Source of the DNA: an uncultured Methanosarcinales archaeon
Lineage (GTDB): Archaea > Nanobdellota > Nanobdellia > Woesearchaeales > GW2011-AR9
Reading direction: 5' to 3'
Assembly: GCA_964552945.1 (NCBI GenBank)
Contig: CAZKIP010000007.1
Location: 745-64,744, forward strand
DNA length: 64,000 bases
Below are positions 46,823 through 55,789 of the stretch, piece after piece. Each line of letters starts with the position of its first letter. Positions within the stretch are counted from its first letter, which is position 1. The position numbers were made by a program, and so were the translations under genes. The notes below the pieces were generated by a model that worked only from the letters and a program-made list of their open reading frames with translations, was not told the DNA's origin and ran no database searches.

Positions 46823-46851
46823 GGGGACGGAAAATATTTAAAACCGTCCCC
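46823..46851. promoter_or_regulatory. Perfect 8-bp inverted repeat (GGGGACGG ... CCGTCCCC) enclosing a TATA-like sequence, 15 nt upstream of the Sua5/YrdC start.
   Basis: GGGGACGG-AAAATATTTAAAA-CCGTCCCC. The loop contains TATTTAAAA about 29 nt before the ATG at 46867. Confidence 0.35.
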
Positions 46852-46866
46852 ACCTTTTAATTTCAT

Positions 46867-47415
46867 ATGAAAGTTATCAATAAAAAAGACTTTGAAAAAA
46901 ACCTCTCCAAGTTTATCAAAAAGATAAAAGAGGGAGCAATTTTTATTTGTCCAACAGACACAATTTATGGACTTAGTTGTGACGCTGAAAATAGCGATTC
47001 CGTTAAGAAAGTAAGAGAAATAAAACAACGTCCTGATGCCCCTTTTTCGATCTGGGCACCTTCCAAAGAATGGATTGAGAGCAATTGTGAAGTTGAAGAC
47101 GAAATAGATAATTTACCAGGACCTTATACTCTAATCTTGCCTTTAATAACAGATTCAATTGCAGATGAAGTAAATCCAAACTTAAAAACAATTGGTGTTC
47201 GTATTCCGGACCATTGGTTCTCAAAAGTCGTTGAAGAGCTAGGTATTCCTTTGATTACCACTTCAGTTAACTTAGCTGGAGAACCGCACATGACCTCTAT
47301 GGAAACTCTTGATGGGAACATTAAAGAGAAAGTTGACTTTATTATTTATGAAGGTGAGAAAGAAAGTCGGGCTTCTACGATAATTAAAAAAGGGAAAAAA
47401 GAGATTAGAGATTAA
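46867..47415 (+). CDS. L-threonylcarbamoyladenylate synthase (Sua5/YrdC/TsaC domain).
   Basis: ICPTDTIYGLSCDAENS, PGPYTLIL, IGVRIPDH and TTSVNLAGEP are the YrdC-fold signatures. Confidence 0.8.
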   Translation: MKVINKKDFEKNLSKFIKKIKEGAIFICPTDTIYGLSCDAENSDSVKKVREIKQRPDAPFSIWAPSKEWIESNCEVEDEIDNLPGPYTLILPLITDSIADEVNPNLKTIGVRIPDHWFSKVVEELGIPLITTSVNLAGEPHMTSMETLDGNIKEKVDFIIYEGEKESRASTIIKKGKKEIRD

Positions 47416-47421
47416 AATTTC

Positions 47422-48378
47422 TTACAATAATTCTGACAAACAGCTATCCATTTCAGAAAAAAATTGCTCAACTTTTGAAGTATCTTTTTTAGTCAATGCA
47501 GCAGCCACAATTAACTTTTTAATTGGAGTATATATTGACATTCTTAGCCGGAAATTATTTTCATCAAAATCGGAATTTACCTTTTTACAAATAGTCATGT
47601 AATAACCTAACAACTCTTCAGTTGAAATTCTATAAGCCGCAAATTCCCATGCAGGGTCACCTACTAGAGCAAACTCAACATCTAGCACAGCTTTTATTTT
47701 TTTCTCACTTTCATCTGCTAAAAAATTACCTCTACCAATATCTCCATGCAAAAAACGACGGGGACTTTTATTTATCACTCTCCTATATTTCTGTAATAAA
47801 ATTTGAAATTTTAATGTGTACTTATCTTTTTTGTTTTTATCAATTACACCATGTTGAGACAATAATGCTAATGACCTCTTTATCTCGTATTTTAAATAAG
47901 AATACCACGTTTTATGATTACCATAAAACTCATTATCTCCACCTACAATTTTACCAAAACCAGAAAATTCAAATTGATGTAATTTTGCGAGAATCTCAGC
48001 AATATGAGGATAATATTCATGTATATTCTCTATTTCAAGCAAGTTTTTTGCTTCAACCAACTCTTGAACCAAAAATGGACGAGTAATTCCATCATTACAT
48101 GTTACCTTTCCTTTAATGATTGTTCTTGGAACTGGAACATAATGTTTTCTTAAAAAATTAAAAACAAAATCAATCTTCTCGTATTGAGGTATATCCTCTT
48201 GGTTATGGCCTATTTTTAGAATTATTTTTACATCATCCTTGTTTACATAGTACACGTAATTATTAATACTATTAAACTCTCTAAAATCTGCTAAAGAAAT
48301 CCCATATATCCCTTTTGCTCTTAATCTTCTAATAACATAAGCAAAATTGAATGTTGTTTTCATGTTGTTAACAACCAA
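47422..48378 (-). CDS. Aminoglycoside-phosphotransferase-like small-molecule kinase (APH/ChoK fold).
   Basis: The catalytic loop is FLHGDIGRGNFL and the DFG-like segment is DVEFALVGDPAWEFA. Confidence 0.55.
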   Translation of the reverse strand: MVVNNMKTTFNFAYVIRRLRAKGIYGISLADFREFNSINNYVYYVNKDDVKIILKIGHNQEDIPQYEKIDFVFNFLRKHYVPVPRTIIKGKVTCNDGITRPFLVQELVEAKNLLEIENIHEYYPHIAEILAKLHQFEFSGFGKIVGGDNEFYGNHKTWYSYLKYEIKRSLALLSQHGVIDKNKKDKYTLKFQILLQKYRRVINKSPRRFLHGDIGRGNFLADESEKKIKAVLDVEFALVGDPAWEFAAYRISTEELLGYYMTICKKVNSDFDENNFRLRMSIYTPIKKLIVAAALTKKDTSKVEQFFSEMDSCLSELL

Positions 48379-48421
48379 TAAAGACCTATTTAAATATTTG
48401 TAAAAAAGAAGTACTTAAGAA

Positions 48422-49075
48422 TTATAATAACGCAGGTTTATTTTTATTGACAACAATCTCAGAGACTTCCAACCCCTTTGGTAATTCCACCAATGAAACA
48501 AGTAACTTTGCTAAATCTTCTGGGTCCATGTAACCTTTCATTTGAACTCCTCCTCTTAAATTAGAATTAAATCCTCCAGGATAAAATCCAATTACTCTAG
48601 ACTTACAACCTTTCAATTCGGCTTGAAGTGTCTTAACAAAGCCACAAACGGCATGTTTTGAAGCATTATATACAGAATTGTTTGCATCACTTCTAAAAGA
48701 AGCAGTAGAAGCAACCACAACAATGTCACCTTCATTTTTTTTAATTATATCAATTAAAGCATTCACAATTTTGATTACAGAGATAGTGTTAATGTCAAAA
48801 ATTTCATTAATATCAAAATCAATTTCTCCAACATTTGCTTTGGGCATTATCCCCGCATTTAGAATTAATAAATCTAAATCAGTATGATCTTTTCTAATTG
48901 TTTCAATAGAATTTGTAATTTCTTGAGAATTTGAAAGGTCAGTTTTTATATTTTCAATATCTAACTCACATTTTTTACGCGAAAGATTTACCACAGAAAT
49001 GTCTTTGTTGAGAAGAAGTTTAGCTATCTCATAACCAAGTCCACTACTTCCGCCAGTAATTACTACTTTTTTCAT
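48422..49075 (-). CDS. Short-chain dehydrogenase/reductase (SDR).
   Basis: TGGSSGLG, NAGI and the YNASKHAV (YxxxK) motifs are present. Confidence 0.85.
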   Translation of the reverse strand: MKKVVITGGSSGLGYEIAKLLLNKDISVVNLSRKKCELDIENIKTDLSNSQEITNSIETIRKDHTDLDLLILNAGIMPKANVGEIDFDINEIFDINTISVIKIVNALIDIIKKNEGDIVVVASTASFRSDANNSVYNASKHAVCGFVKTLQAELKGCKSRVIGFYPGGFNSNLRGGVQMKGYMDPEDLAKLLVSLVELPKGLEVSEIVVNKNKPALL

Positions 49076-49141
49076 TATATTAAAAAAAAGAAAGAAATAT
49101 TAAAAATGTTGCCCCAATAAATGAGGTATTTCTAATTAGCA

Positions 49142-49522
49142 TTATGGCCAAACTGCAATTATTGCTGCCATAACCATAATCGAAACAACGTTATGAGCAT
49201 TGTTTAAGAACCACAATTTCCATGACTTTCCTTGCCAAAGAACGCTTCCTAAAGTTATTGTTCCAATAAATCCTAGCCAAATTAAAAGTGACGTTTGTAA
49301 AGAAGCATTAAGATTTCCTGCTTGAACAAATAACGCTAAAACGTAAGCCATTACAAGCTGAGAAATGAACGCCCAAACCATATTAATTTTATCAGGTTTA
49401 TCTTTAGGATTTACCCCAGATAACTTCATCCACATTTTTCCAAAAACTTTTGGGCTATACCAAATGAAGCCCACAACCATTCCTACAATAGCCGCAACCA
49501 ATACCGCTAAATAATTTACCAT
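49142..49522 (-). CDS. DUF1761-like membrane protein.
   Basis: GFIWYSPKVFGKMW and four hydrophobic helices. Confidence 0.45.
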   Translation of the reverse strand: MVNYLAVLVAAIVGMVVGFIWYSPKVFGKMWMKLSGVNPKDKPDKINMVWAFISQLVMAYVLALFVQAGNLNASLQTSLLIWLGFIGTITLGSVLWQGKSWKLWFLNNAHNVVSIMVMAAIIAVWP

Positions 49523-49541
49523 TTTTTTATTACACCTCTTT

Positions 49542-50588
49542 TTAAAATTTCATCTTTTCGCCATCAACATAGTAAGTTGGACTTTTAATAACCATATCTC
49601 CATGAAAGATGGTTTTTATTTCTCCGCCAAACCACGCATTACTTCCTATAGCCACATGCCCCGTACCTAAAACCTTTTCATCCATAATCATTGAACCAAT
49701 TAAAACTGCAGCAGGGTTTATACCTATAGCTAATTCTCCCACAAAACGAATTCTTTCGGGATATTTAGCTCTGTCTTCAAACTTTTTAAAAGTTTTCTCT
49801 AGTAGGGGTGCCTGCTTACCTTCCATACCAACAACTCTTCCTTTTTTGATATGAATAATAACTGGTTCTTTTACAAGGACCGCTCCATCCATAGTTTTCA
49901 TACTACCATCAACAACGAGTGTTCCGTCAACTCCATGAAAGCCTTTTGGAGGGATGTAAACTTCTCCTGCAGGCATATTTCCTCCTCTTCCTGGTTCATG
50001 ATAGTCGCCAACATTAGATACAGCTTCCATTCCTTCTACATCAAAGACTAAATCTGTTCCTGCTTCAGTTTTAACTCTTATCGTCTTAGCCTTATCCCAA
50101 ACTTTCTTAATTTTCTTAGCTTTTTTTTGCATTCTTCCATAATTAATAGTCATTGCTTCCATAAAAAAATTGAAATAAGTTGGGCTAACATCTCCTAAGC
50201 CAGTAGCAGAAAGAAACCTATGTCCTTTAGCTTTGCAAAAATTTCTAAAACTTTTTTGTTCACCAAATCTTCCAAATTTATTGGAAAGAGCTAGAATTAC
50301 AATATTTTTATCTTTAAGATTTTTAATTGCATCCACAACATGATTGTCGGCAAACATAAACCCTTTTTTCACTCCTTGAAATAGCAAGTTAACATTCAAC
50401 CCCTTTTTCTTGGCAGCTAAATAATATCCATAGCCTAACATGGAAGAAATATTGTTTTCTCCTACTCCATAATCAGAAATAATGAGAACTTCTTCATTAC
50501 CCCATTTAAGAGAACTTTTTGCAATCTTAGAAAATCTACTAGTATGTTTTTCAAGTTTACTTGTCAATTCTTTAGATAGACCAAACAT
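49542..50588 (-). CDS. Aminopeptidase, M29 (AmpS/PepS) family (probable).
   Basis: The C-terminal region ELAIGINPAAV...GTGHVAIGSN...HGDMV resembles M29 thermophilic aminopeptidases. Confidence 0.5.
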   Translation of the reverse strand: MFGLSKELTSKLEKHTSRFSKIAKSSLKWGNEEVLIISDYGVGENNISSMLGYGYYLAAKKKGLNVNLLFQGVKKGFMFADNHVVDAIKNLKDKNIVILALSNKFGRFGEQKSFRNFCKAKGHRFLSATGLGDVSPTYFNFFMEAMTINYGRMQKKAKKIKKVWDKAKTIRVKTEAGTDLVFDVEGMEAVSNVGDYHEPGRGGNMPAGEVYIPPKGFHGVDGTLVVDGSMKTMDGAVLVKEPVIIHIKKGRVVGMEGKQAPLLEKTFKKFEDRAKYPERIRFVGELAIGINPAAVLIGSMIMDEKVLGTGHVAIGSNAWFGGEIKTIFHGDMVIKSPTYYVDGEKMKF

Positions 50589-50674
50589 AAATGATATTAT
50601 GGAGTTCTATATTAAAAGATTTTGCTATTTTAGAATAGTTTCAGGGTTATTTTGCCTTAAAAAATTTTAATCAC

Positions 50675-51622
50675 TCACTTCTTCCGTATCTTAGATACGA
50701 AAAAACCTTCTGTATCATTGTCTTGAGGCCAAATTCGAATTGTCTTTCCCACATCCTCATGATACTTTTTTCCCAGAAATTCCATAATTGGTTTAGAAGT
50801 CTTCAATCCAGGTAACTTAACTTCAACAATTTCCGCATTGGGAAATTTGTTTAATAAAAAATCAACAACTCCTTCATTTTCTTCCGGCTCCACACTGCAA
50901 GTAGAATAAACCATCTCTCCACCTACTTTAAGATTATTAAAAGCAGTCTCAGCCAATTCTTTCTGCTGCCTAGCTAACTTGGAAATCATTCCAGCATTCC
51001 AAATCCTAATAGTTTTCAAACTTTTTCTAATCGTTCCAGTTCCAGAACAAGGTGCGTCTACCAAAATTTTATCAAACTCAAATTCATGAAACCTTTTCCC
51101 ATGCATTAAAGTAACAACTACGCAAGTTAGCCCACTCCTTTGTAAATTAATCCCTAAACTTTGCAATCTCTGCCCTTTGTAATCATTAGCCACAATAAGA
51201 CCTTTATTTTTCATCATCGCTCCAATTTGAGTAGTTTTACTTCCAGGAGCGGCACACATGTCAAGAACTAAATCTCCTGGTTTTGGATTAAGAACTAGAG
51301 GAGGAATCATGGAAGCGGCTTCCTGCACATAAATTGTTCCAAAATGATATTCTAACAAATTTCCAACATCCCTTCTCTCAGGATTAGATATCCAAAAACC
51401 TTCCTTGCACCAGGGAACTTGGTCAAGTACCCATCCTTTCGCCTCAATAGAAGCTTTAACATCTTTTATAGTACCAAGAAGAGTATTAATCCTAATAGAT
51501 CTTCTTAGAAAAGAGAGTGAATATTTCTTAAACTCTTCCCAATCTGTAAGGAGAGAATATCTCTCGATAAATTTAGGTTTGAAAACATAATTTTCTGTAG
51601 ATGGAATTTGAACAGGTTTCAT
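50675..51622 (-). CDS. NOL1/NOP2/Sun-family RNA cytosine-C5 methyltransferase.
   Basis: The SAM pocket is VLDMCAAPGSKT and motif IV is DAPCSGTG. Confidence 0.85.
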   Translation of the reverse strand: MKPVQIPSTENYVFKPKFIERYSLLTDWEEFKKYSLSFLRRSIRINTLLGTIKDVKASIEAKGWVLDQVPWCKEGFWISNPERRDVGNLLEYHFGTIYVQEAASMIPPLVLNPKPGDLVLDMCAAPGSKTTQIGAMMKNKGLIVANDYKGQRLQSLGINLQRSGLTCVVVTLMHGKRFHEFEFDKILVDAPCSGTGTIRKSLKTIRIWNAGMISKLARQQKELAETAFNNLKVGGEMVYSTCSVEPEENEGVVDFLLNKFPNAEIVEVKLPGLKTSKPIMEFLGKKYHEDVGKTIRIWPQDNDTEGFFVSKIRKK

Positions 51623-51671
51623 TTAGATTTAAAAGCAATAGCCTTTTAAAAAAGCTTCCATAAAATGACTT

Positions 51672-52169
51672 ATGGAAGAAAGGATAAGAAATAGCCTCCG
51701 TAAGTTGAGACATTGTCTTAGAGAATCTCAAGCAGAAAGTAACGGGCAAGATTTTGATGCAAATCGTATATTTTATCTGCAAAATATTTCAATGTTAACA
51801 AGAGACGACACCATCGAGGACCCTTACGCTAATTTTGAAAATGCTGAATATTTCGATCTCTGCTCAACCGCTTCTCAAATTGTATGGGAAAGAAGAAGAA
51901 TTATAAGTCATATTGTTAAACCATTGGTCAACCCTTTTTTACTTCAAGCTGAATTAGGAGAAGAGTACGCATCTAGAAGATTACATTCCACTGCTCATCT
52001 TTCTGTATATCATCACCTTGTTGAAAGAATTGATAAATCTGTTGCCGAAGAAGCAAAAGATGGTTATTTCAAAAAGTTAGCGGCATCCACTGATTACAAG
52101 GCCAATTTAGTTAGAGAACAAGACTTGCTAAAAAGGTATATTGCTGTTTTAAAGAAAGAAAAACTTTAA
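51672..52169 (+). CDS. Hypothetical protein (start uncertain).
   Basis: ORF only. Confidence 0.35.
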   Translation: MEERIRNSLRKLRHCLRESQAESNGQDFDANRIFYLQNISMLTRDDTIEDPYANFENAEYFDLCSTASQIVWERRRIISHIVKPLVNPFLLQAELGEEYASRRLHSTAHLSVYHHLVERIDKSVAEEAKDGYFKKLAASTDYKANLVREQDLLKRYIAVLKKEKL

Positions 52170-52194
52170 AAAAAAGGAAATAAATAATCTAAAA

Positions 52195-52764
52195 ATGTAC
52201 TCAACATACTTATTTGATTTGGACGATACATTAATTGATACAAAAATCTATGCAGAAATTTATCCTGCAATTCTTCAACTAATTAAAGAGAAAGGTTTTG
52301 ATATTGACGAAGAAGCAAAAAAGTTCAATATACCTAAAGAGCCACACGGAAGATATGATTCGGGTGATTTATGCAGAGAATTAGGTTTATTAAATGAATA
52401 TTATAAAATTCTTGAAGAAAAAATTAAAGTTATTAATGTTTTACATGAATCAGTTAAAGAAATTTTTGATCAGATAAAGGGGAAGAAGATTGGAATAGTT
52501 TCCAATTCTATGCGAAAAACCATTGACCTTTATTTGAAAAAATATGGAATTACTATTGACTTTGTTTTTTCACAAGATGACGCAAGATGTAAAAAAAATA
52601 AGGAGGAATTTTGGAAGAAATTAATAGAAAAAGAGAAATTGGTTCCAAACGAATGTTTAGTAATTGGTGATAATCCCCTTGATGACGATGAGATACCAAA
52701 AAAACGGGGATTTAATACATTGTTAATAAAATCTTTAGAAGAAGTCAAAACTTTAATAAACTAA
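52195..52764 (+). CDS. HAD-superfamily hydrolase.
   Basis: Motif I FDLDDTLID, motif II VSNS, and motif IV IGDNPLDD. Confidence 0.75.
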   Translation: MYSTYLFDLDDTLIDTKIYAEIYPAILQLIKEKGFDIDEEAKKFNIPKEPHGRYDSGDLCRELGLLNEYYKILEEKIKVINVLHESVKEIFDQIKGKKIGIVSNSMRKTIDLYLKKYGITIDFVFSQDDARCKKNKEEFWKKLIEKEKLVPNECLVIGDNPLDDDEIPKKRGFNTLLIKSLEEVKTLIN

Positions 52765-52797
52765 AACTATTTTTCAATGACATAAAGAGGTATATCC

Positions 52798-53817
52798 ATG
52801 GTAATCAACGTAGCTATTAATGGGTTTGGTAGAATAGGAAGGATGGTTTTCCGTGTAGCAATGAAAGATAAAGCTATTAACATCGTTGCAGTAAACGATC
52901 TTACAGATAATAAAACATTGGCACATCTTCTAAAATATGATTCTGTTCATGGAATACTTCCAGACAAAGTAGGATTTACTAACGGCTATTTGTTAGTCGG
53001 TAAAAAAAAAATTCAAGTTTTATCAGAAAAAGATCCAACCAACATCCCTTGGAAAAAAATGAAGATAGATGTAGTTGTTGAAAGTACTGGTTTTTTTAGA
53101 GATCCTGTTAAGGCAGCTGCACATTTAACTTCCGGTGCAAAGAAGGTGATAATTTCAGCACCATGCAAATGTGAATCTGGAAAAATGTGTCCAGCAAACA
53201 CTTTGACAATTGTTCTTGGTGTAAACGAAAAAAGATACAATAAGAAAAAACATCACATCATAAGTAACGCTTCCTGTACAACCAATTGTGTTGCACCAAT
53301 AATGAAAGTTTTAGAAGAAAAGATTGGTGTGAAAAGATGTTTCTTTACAACAATTCATGGATATACAGCAGACCAACGTATAGTAGATGGTCCCCATAAA
53401 GATTTAAGAAGAGCTAGAGCTGCTGCAGTAAATGTAGTCCCTACTTCTACCGGTGCGGATATTGCAACTGTTGAAGCCATTCCTTCATTAATGGGGAAAA
53501 TCCGTGGTTCAGCTATTCGTGTGCCAATTCCTGATGGAAGTATAACAGATTTTACCATTGAAATGAAAAAGAGTGTAACCGTTGATCAGATTAATAAATT
53601 ATTCAAAAAGCACGCTGCTGGAAAGATGAAGGGCATCATTGAGTATTCTGAAAATGAGTTAGTTTCTTCGGACATTGTTGGCAACCCCCATTCATCCATC
53701 TTTGATTCAAAATTAACAAAAGTCGTGGATGGAAAATTTTTGAAGATTGTTTCTTGGTACGATAATGAGTGGGGATATTCTAAAAGAATGGTCGATTTAA
53801 TTAAGTATGTAAGTTAA
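52798..53817 (+). CDS. gap: Glyceraldehyde-3-phosphate dehydrogenase, class I (bacterial/eukaryotic type).
   Basis: NGFGRIGR, the active-site SNASCTTNC and the C-terminal WYDNEWGYS. These are class I signatures, not those of archaeal type II GAPDH. Confidence 0.9.
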   Translation: MVINVAINGFGRIGRMVFRVAMKDKAINIVAVNDLTDNKTLAHLLKYDSVHGILPDKVGFTNGYLLVGKKKIQVLSEKDPTNIPWKKMKIDVVVESTGFFRDPVKAAAHLTSGAKKVIISAPCKCESGKMCPANTLTIVLGVNEKRYNKKKHHIISNASCTTNCVAPIMKVLEEKIGVKRCFFTTIHGYTADQRIVDGPHKDLRRARAAAVNVVPTSTGADIATVEAIPSLMGKIRGSAIRVPIPDGSITDFTIEMKKSVTVDQINKLFKKHAAGKMKGIIEYSENELVSSDIVGNPHSSIFDSKLTKVVDGKFLKIVSWYDNEWGYSKRMVDLIKYVS

Positions 53818-53839
53818 GCAAAATAGTTAAGCAAGATAA

Positions 53840-55726
53840 TTAATCAAAATAAATTCTGATAATTCCTTTAACTTTCTGAACTCTTCTAACCATTTCTTTA
53901 AGATGTTCCAGATTTCTAGGGATTACTTTGAAAGAGCATTTAGCGTCAACACCAAGCAACTTAGCTTTCGCTTCCTTAACTTCAAATCCTGCTTGAGCAA
54001 TTGTATGTAAAAGGTCTGCTAAAAGACCACTTCTTTCTCCGGCTTCAACATGGAAAGAGATTCTTTGTGTGTAATTCTCTTTCCATTTAACCGGAATTAA
54101 CTTATCTTCTTTCTTTAAAGCTTCTTTACAATTATCTCTGTGAACAGAAATTATTCTTCTTTTTGTTATTAAACCAACAATGTTTTCTCCTGGCAAAGCT
54201 TGACAACATTTGGCCAAAGTACAAACTGCCCGAGGATATTCTTCAGATGAAACTAAGACTCCTTTTTCTTCTTTTACAACTGGTTTAAATAGACGGAAAT
54301 GGAAAGAAGGTAAATTTTCGTAATCTTTCAAAACTTTTCTTATTCTTTGTCTAGCTTTTGAAGATGAAACTATTTTAATCCAACTTCTTCTTGGTCTTTG
54401 TTTTTTATGAGTAATAATTTCTACAACGTCCCCATTCACAAGTTTATGTCTTAACGGAACAAATTTTCCATTAACCTTCCCTCCAACACATTTGCTTCCA
54501 ATTTCTTCATGAACTGCATAAGCAAAATCAAGAACTGTAGATTCAACAGGTAATTCTTTCAAATCTCCGAGAGGAGTATAACAATAAATTTTATCACCAA
54601 AAACATCTACTTGGACCGATTCCAAAAATTCATTATCTTTTTTCTTTAAATCAAGAACCTCTTTCATCCAAGCAATTTTTTTCTCAAATATTTTGTCAGA
54701 TTTGAAATCCTTATATCTCCAATGTGCAGCAATTCCTTCTTCAGCAAACTCCTCCATCTCTGGAGTCCTTATTTGAACTTCGATTACCCACCCATTGTTT
54801 AATTTAACTCCAGTATGCAATGATCGATAAAAATTAGGTTTTGGATTAGCGATGTAATCTTTCAATCTACCTTCAATTGGTTCAAACTTCTCATGTAACA
54901 ATCCTAAAAAAGTGTAACAATCTTTTTCGGTAGGAACAATTACCCTTATCCCTAACAAATCAAATAAATCATTTAACCTTTTCTTTTTACGAACTACTTT
55001 TTTGTAAATACTGTAGATATGTTTTGGTCTCCCTTTAATCTTTAAAAGATCTAATTTTCCCCTAGACATTTCCTTTAAAAGTTCAATGACCCTTTCTATT
55101 TTATGTTCTCTTTCTTCTCTTGTTTCTTCCAGGAACTCTTGTATTTCAACATGTTTTTTTGGATTGATAATATAAAAAGCACAATCTTCCAACTGGACTC
55201 TTATTCTTTCAACCCCTAACCTATAAGCAAGAGGTGCATATACTTCCAAAACTTCAGAAGCCAACCTTTCTCTTTCATCAGGAGGAAAAACATGGACAGA
55301 ATTTAAGTTATCTAATTTATTTGCCAATTTGATAAAAATAACTCTTAAATCATGCAAGGCTGTAACCATAATTCTTCTTAAGGCATCTCCAGGGACATTC
55401 ACATTGTTAATCTTAATATGTCTTAATGTATTGACCTCATTCAATAAAGAAACAATGTTCTTCCCAAATTTATCTTCTATCTCCTTTTCAGGAATTTTAT
55501 CCAATAAACCATGTAATAATCCTGCCAAAACAGTTTCTGGGTCTGCTTTATTTTCAACTAGAATTTTTCCAACACGAATATTATGTTCAGAAAATAAATC
55601 GCCAGCTAGACGTTTCTCCTTCCCCAACTGTTCTTCTACATAATTAACAGCCTTTTCAAAAAGAAGAAGGTCTTCTTCAGTATAACCCTTGCCTCTACAC
55701 AGCAAAAGAAAAGAATTTCCTTCCAT
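53840..55726 (-). CDS. Long RelA/SpoT-homolog (RSH) (p)ppGpp synthetase. The domain order is degenerate HD, synthetase, TGS, CC/ZFD, ACT.
   Basis: The synthetase motifs are GRPKHIYSIYKKV, DLLGIRVIV, YRSLHTGV and EVQIRT. The TGS is YCYTPLGDLKELPVESTVLDFAYAVH..GD. The zinc-finger domain is CTLAKCCQALPGENIVGLIT..ISVHRDNC. The C-terminal domain is ACT. In the HD motif position, LLHGLLDK has Asp replaced by Gly. Confidence 0.85.
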   Translation of the reverse strand: MEGNSFLLLCRGKGYTEEDLLLFEKAVNYVEEQLGKEKRLAGDLFSEHNIRVGKILVENKADPETVLAGLLHGLLDKIPEKEIEDKFGKNIVSLLNEVNTLRHIKINNVNVPGDALRRIMVTALHDLRVIFIKLANKLDNLNSVHVFPPDERERLASEVLEVYAPLAYRLGVERIRVQLEDCAFYIINPKKHVEIQEFLEETREEREHKIERVIELLKEMSRGKLDLLKIKGRPKHIYSIYKKVVRKKKRLNDLFDLLGIRVIVPTEKDCYTFLGLLHEKFEPIEGRLKDYIANPKPNFYRSLHTGVKLNNGWVIEVQIRTPEMEEFAEEGIAAHWRYKDFKSDKIFEKKIAWMKEVLDLKKKDNEFLESVQVDVFGDKIYCYTPLGDLKELPVESTVLDFAYAVHEEIGSKCVGGKVNGKFVPLRHKLVNGDVVEIITHKKQRPRRSWIKIVSSSKARQRIRKVLKDYENLPSFHFRLFKPVVKEEKGVLVSSEEYPRAVCTLAKCCQALPGENIVGLITKRRIISVHRDNCKEALKKEDKLIPVKWKENYTQRISFHVEAGERSGLLADLLHTIAQAGFEVKEAKAKLLGVDAKCSFKVIPRNLEHLKEMVRRVQKVKGIIRIYFD

Positions 55727-55789
55727 TAATTGTACATATGTCTTGATATATTAAAATCTTTGCGGAATAAAGTATCTATTTTGCTATAT

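Noticed and set aside
50688-50702. The palindrome CGTATCTTAGATACG.
   Set aside because: It lies inside the 3' end of the Sun-family methyltransferase CDS and is not obviously regulatory. It is probably coincidental.
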